26,139 bases of DNA from Deltaproteobacteria bacterium (GTDB lineage Bacteria > Myxococcota_A > UBA9160 > SMWR01), in NCBI GenBank assembly GCA_032128375.1, contig JAQBGU010000187.1:1-26139 (forward strand). The letters run 5' to 3'. Both the position numbers and the translations under genes were made by a program. A model generated the notes under the pieces. It was not told the DNA's origin. It did no database searches and saw only the letters and a list, made by a program, of their open reading frames with translations. Position 1 is the first letter of the stretch. Every line of letters starts with the position of its first letter. This document shows positions 24,736 through 26,139 of this stretch, in pieces.

Positions 24736-26139
24736 TCAGTGACTGGCGGCTTCGAGTCGAGACTTCATCGCGGCGAGTTCCTCGCTCATCGGTGCGGGCA
24801 GGCGATCGCCGAACTGCGCGTAGTACTCCTCGATCAGTGGCAATTCCGCCAACCACCCGTCGATGTCGACGCGCAACAGCGCAGCCAGGTCGTCGCGCGA
24901 CATGTCGTCGAGCCCGTCCACGTCCAGCGCATTTTTGGCGGGCAAGTTACCGATCGGCGTTTCGATCGCCTTCGCGGTTCCTTCGCAGCGCTCGAAGACC
25001 CACTTCAACACGCGGCTGTTCTCACCAAAACCGGGCCACAGGAAGTCTCCACCATCGCTCTTGCGGAACCAGTTGACGTAGTAGATCCTGGGCAGCTTGG
25101 CACCCAGGCGCTGCCCGATCGACAGCCAGTGTCCCCAGTAATCGGCCATGTTGTAGCCGCAGAACGGCAGCATGGCCATCGGATCGCGTCGCAGTTCGCC
25201 CACCTTCCCTGCCGCGGCTGCCGTCTTCTCGCTGCTGATAATCGAGCCGAGAAACGTGCCGTGCTGCCAATCGCGGGCCTCATTGACCAACGGCACGACG
25301 GTGGCGCGGCGTCCACCGAACAGAATCGCGCTGATCGGGACTCCTTTAGGGTCTTCCCACTCTTCTGCGATCACAGGACACTGGCTGGCAGGTGCGGTGA
25401 AGCGCGCATTCGGGTGCGCGGCCGGGGTTCGTCTGTCGGGCGTCCACGGATTGCCGTGCCAATCGGTCAGCTCAGGCGGCTGCTCGTCTGTCATCTCTTC
25501 CCACCACACGTCACCGTCAGGTGTCAGCGCGCAGTTGGTGAAGAAGGCATTCTCCCTGAGACTCAGCATCGCATTGGGGTTCGATTTCATGCTGGTGCCC
25601 GGTGCGACACCGAAGAATCCCGCCTCGGGGTTGATCGCGTAGAGCTGCCCATCATCGCCGAATTTCATCCATGCGATGTCATCGCCGATCGTTTCGACCT
25701 TCCAACCGTCGATGGTCGGATTCATCATCGCGAGATTGGTCTTCCCGCAGGCGCTCGGAAACGCCGCACACACATAGCGTCTGGCACCCTCGGGCGACGT
25801 GAGCTTCAGAATCAGCATGTGCTCGGCCATCCAACCCTCATCGCGCGCCATCGCCGACGCGATGCGCAGTGCGAAGCACTTCTTGCCCAGTAACGCGTTG
25901 CCGCCGTAGCCGGAGCCGAACGACCAGATTTCGCGGGTTTCGGGGAAGTGCACGATGTACTTGTTGTCAGGGTTGCACGGCCATGCCACATCGGCTTGAC
26001 CCGGTGCGAGCGGTGCGCCAACGGAGTGCAGACACGGCACCCAGTCGCTGTCGCCCAACACATCGAGGGCGCCTTGGCCCATGCGGGTCATGATGCGCAT
26101 GTTGGTCGCGACGTAGGCACTGTCGGTTAGTTGCACACC
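24736..26139 (-). CDS. pckG: Phosphoenolpyruvate carboxykinase (GTP), 5'-truncated by the window edge
   Basis: [94 protein letters not shown]. Confidence 0.98.
   Translation of the reverse strand, partial: GVQLTDSAYVATNMRIMTRMGQGALDVLGDSDWVPCLHSVGAPLAPGQADVAWPCNPDNKYIVHFPETREIWSFGSGYGGNALLGKKCFALRIASAMARDEGWMAEHMLILKLTSPEGARRYVCAAFPSACGKTNLAMMNPTIDGWKVETIGDDIAWMKFGDDGQLYAINPEAGFFGVAPGTSMKSNPNAMLSLRENAFFTNCALTPDGDVWWEEMTDEQPPELTDWHGNPWTPDRRTPAAHPNARFTAPASQCPVIAEEWEDPKGVPISAILFGGRRATVVPLVNEARDWQHGTFLGSIISSEKTAAAAGKVGELRRDPMAMLPFCGYNMADYWGHWLSIGQRLGAKLPRIYYVNWFRKSDGGDFLWPGFGENSRVLKWVFERCEGTAKAIETPIGNLPAKNALDVDGLDDMSRDDLAALLRVDIDGWLAELPLIEEYYAQFGDRLPAPMSEELAAMKSRLEAASH

Noticed and set aside
24697..25893. 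398-aa plus-strand ORF
   Set aside because: Antisense shadow of the conserved pckG gene, typical of high-GC DNA.
1..26139. Functional link between pyk and pckG flanking the window, or a genomic island
   Set aside because: The genes are about 24 kb apart with unrelated genes between them, and no integrase, transposase, tRNA or flanking direct repeats were seen.

Overview
GC-rich bacterial window; gene style is reminiscent of Myxococcota/deltaproteobacteria, which is inference only. Housekeeping genes flank it: truncated pyruvate kinase on the left; aat, a family III CoA-transferase and truncated GTP-dependent PEP carboxykinase on the right. Two accessory systems lie between. (1) A tightly coupled 10-gene lipid operon (3550-15818): enoyl-ACP reductase, FabH, FabA, FabZ, FabB/F-type KAS, ACP, PlsC-like acyltransferase, PPTase, a 1872-aa single-chain BC-BCCP-central-CT carboxylase resembling eukaryotic acetyl-CoA carboxylase, and TetR. 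It has a near-consensus sigma70 promoter overlapped by TGACT-N3-AGTCA palindromes, and a divergent sulfatase-like/TPR gene. (2) A minus-strand exosortase locus (15892-21647): exosortase-EpsI, a sigma54 promoter with IHF-like and enhancer-like sites, a small secreted TSP3 + dockerin-like protein, and two paralogous PEP-CTERM proteins with a cohesin-like beta domain. Each PEP-CTERM gene is followed by a terminator and a paralogous membrane-anchored protein. The best candidate novel system is an exosortase-anchored cohesin-dockerin-like surface display module. All fold assignments are by eye and need HMM or structure confirmation.
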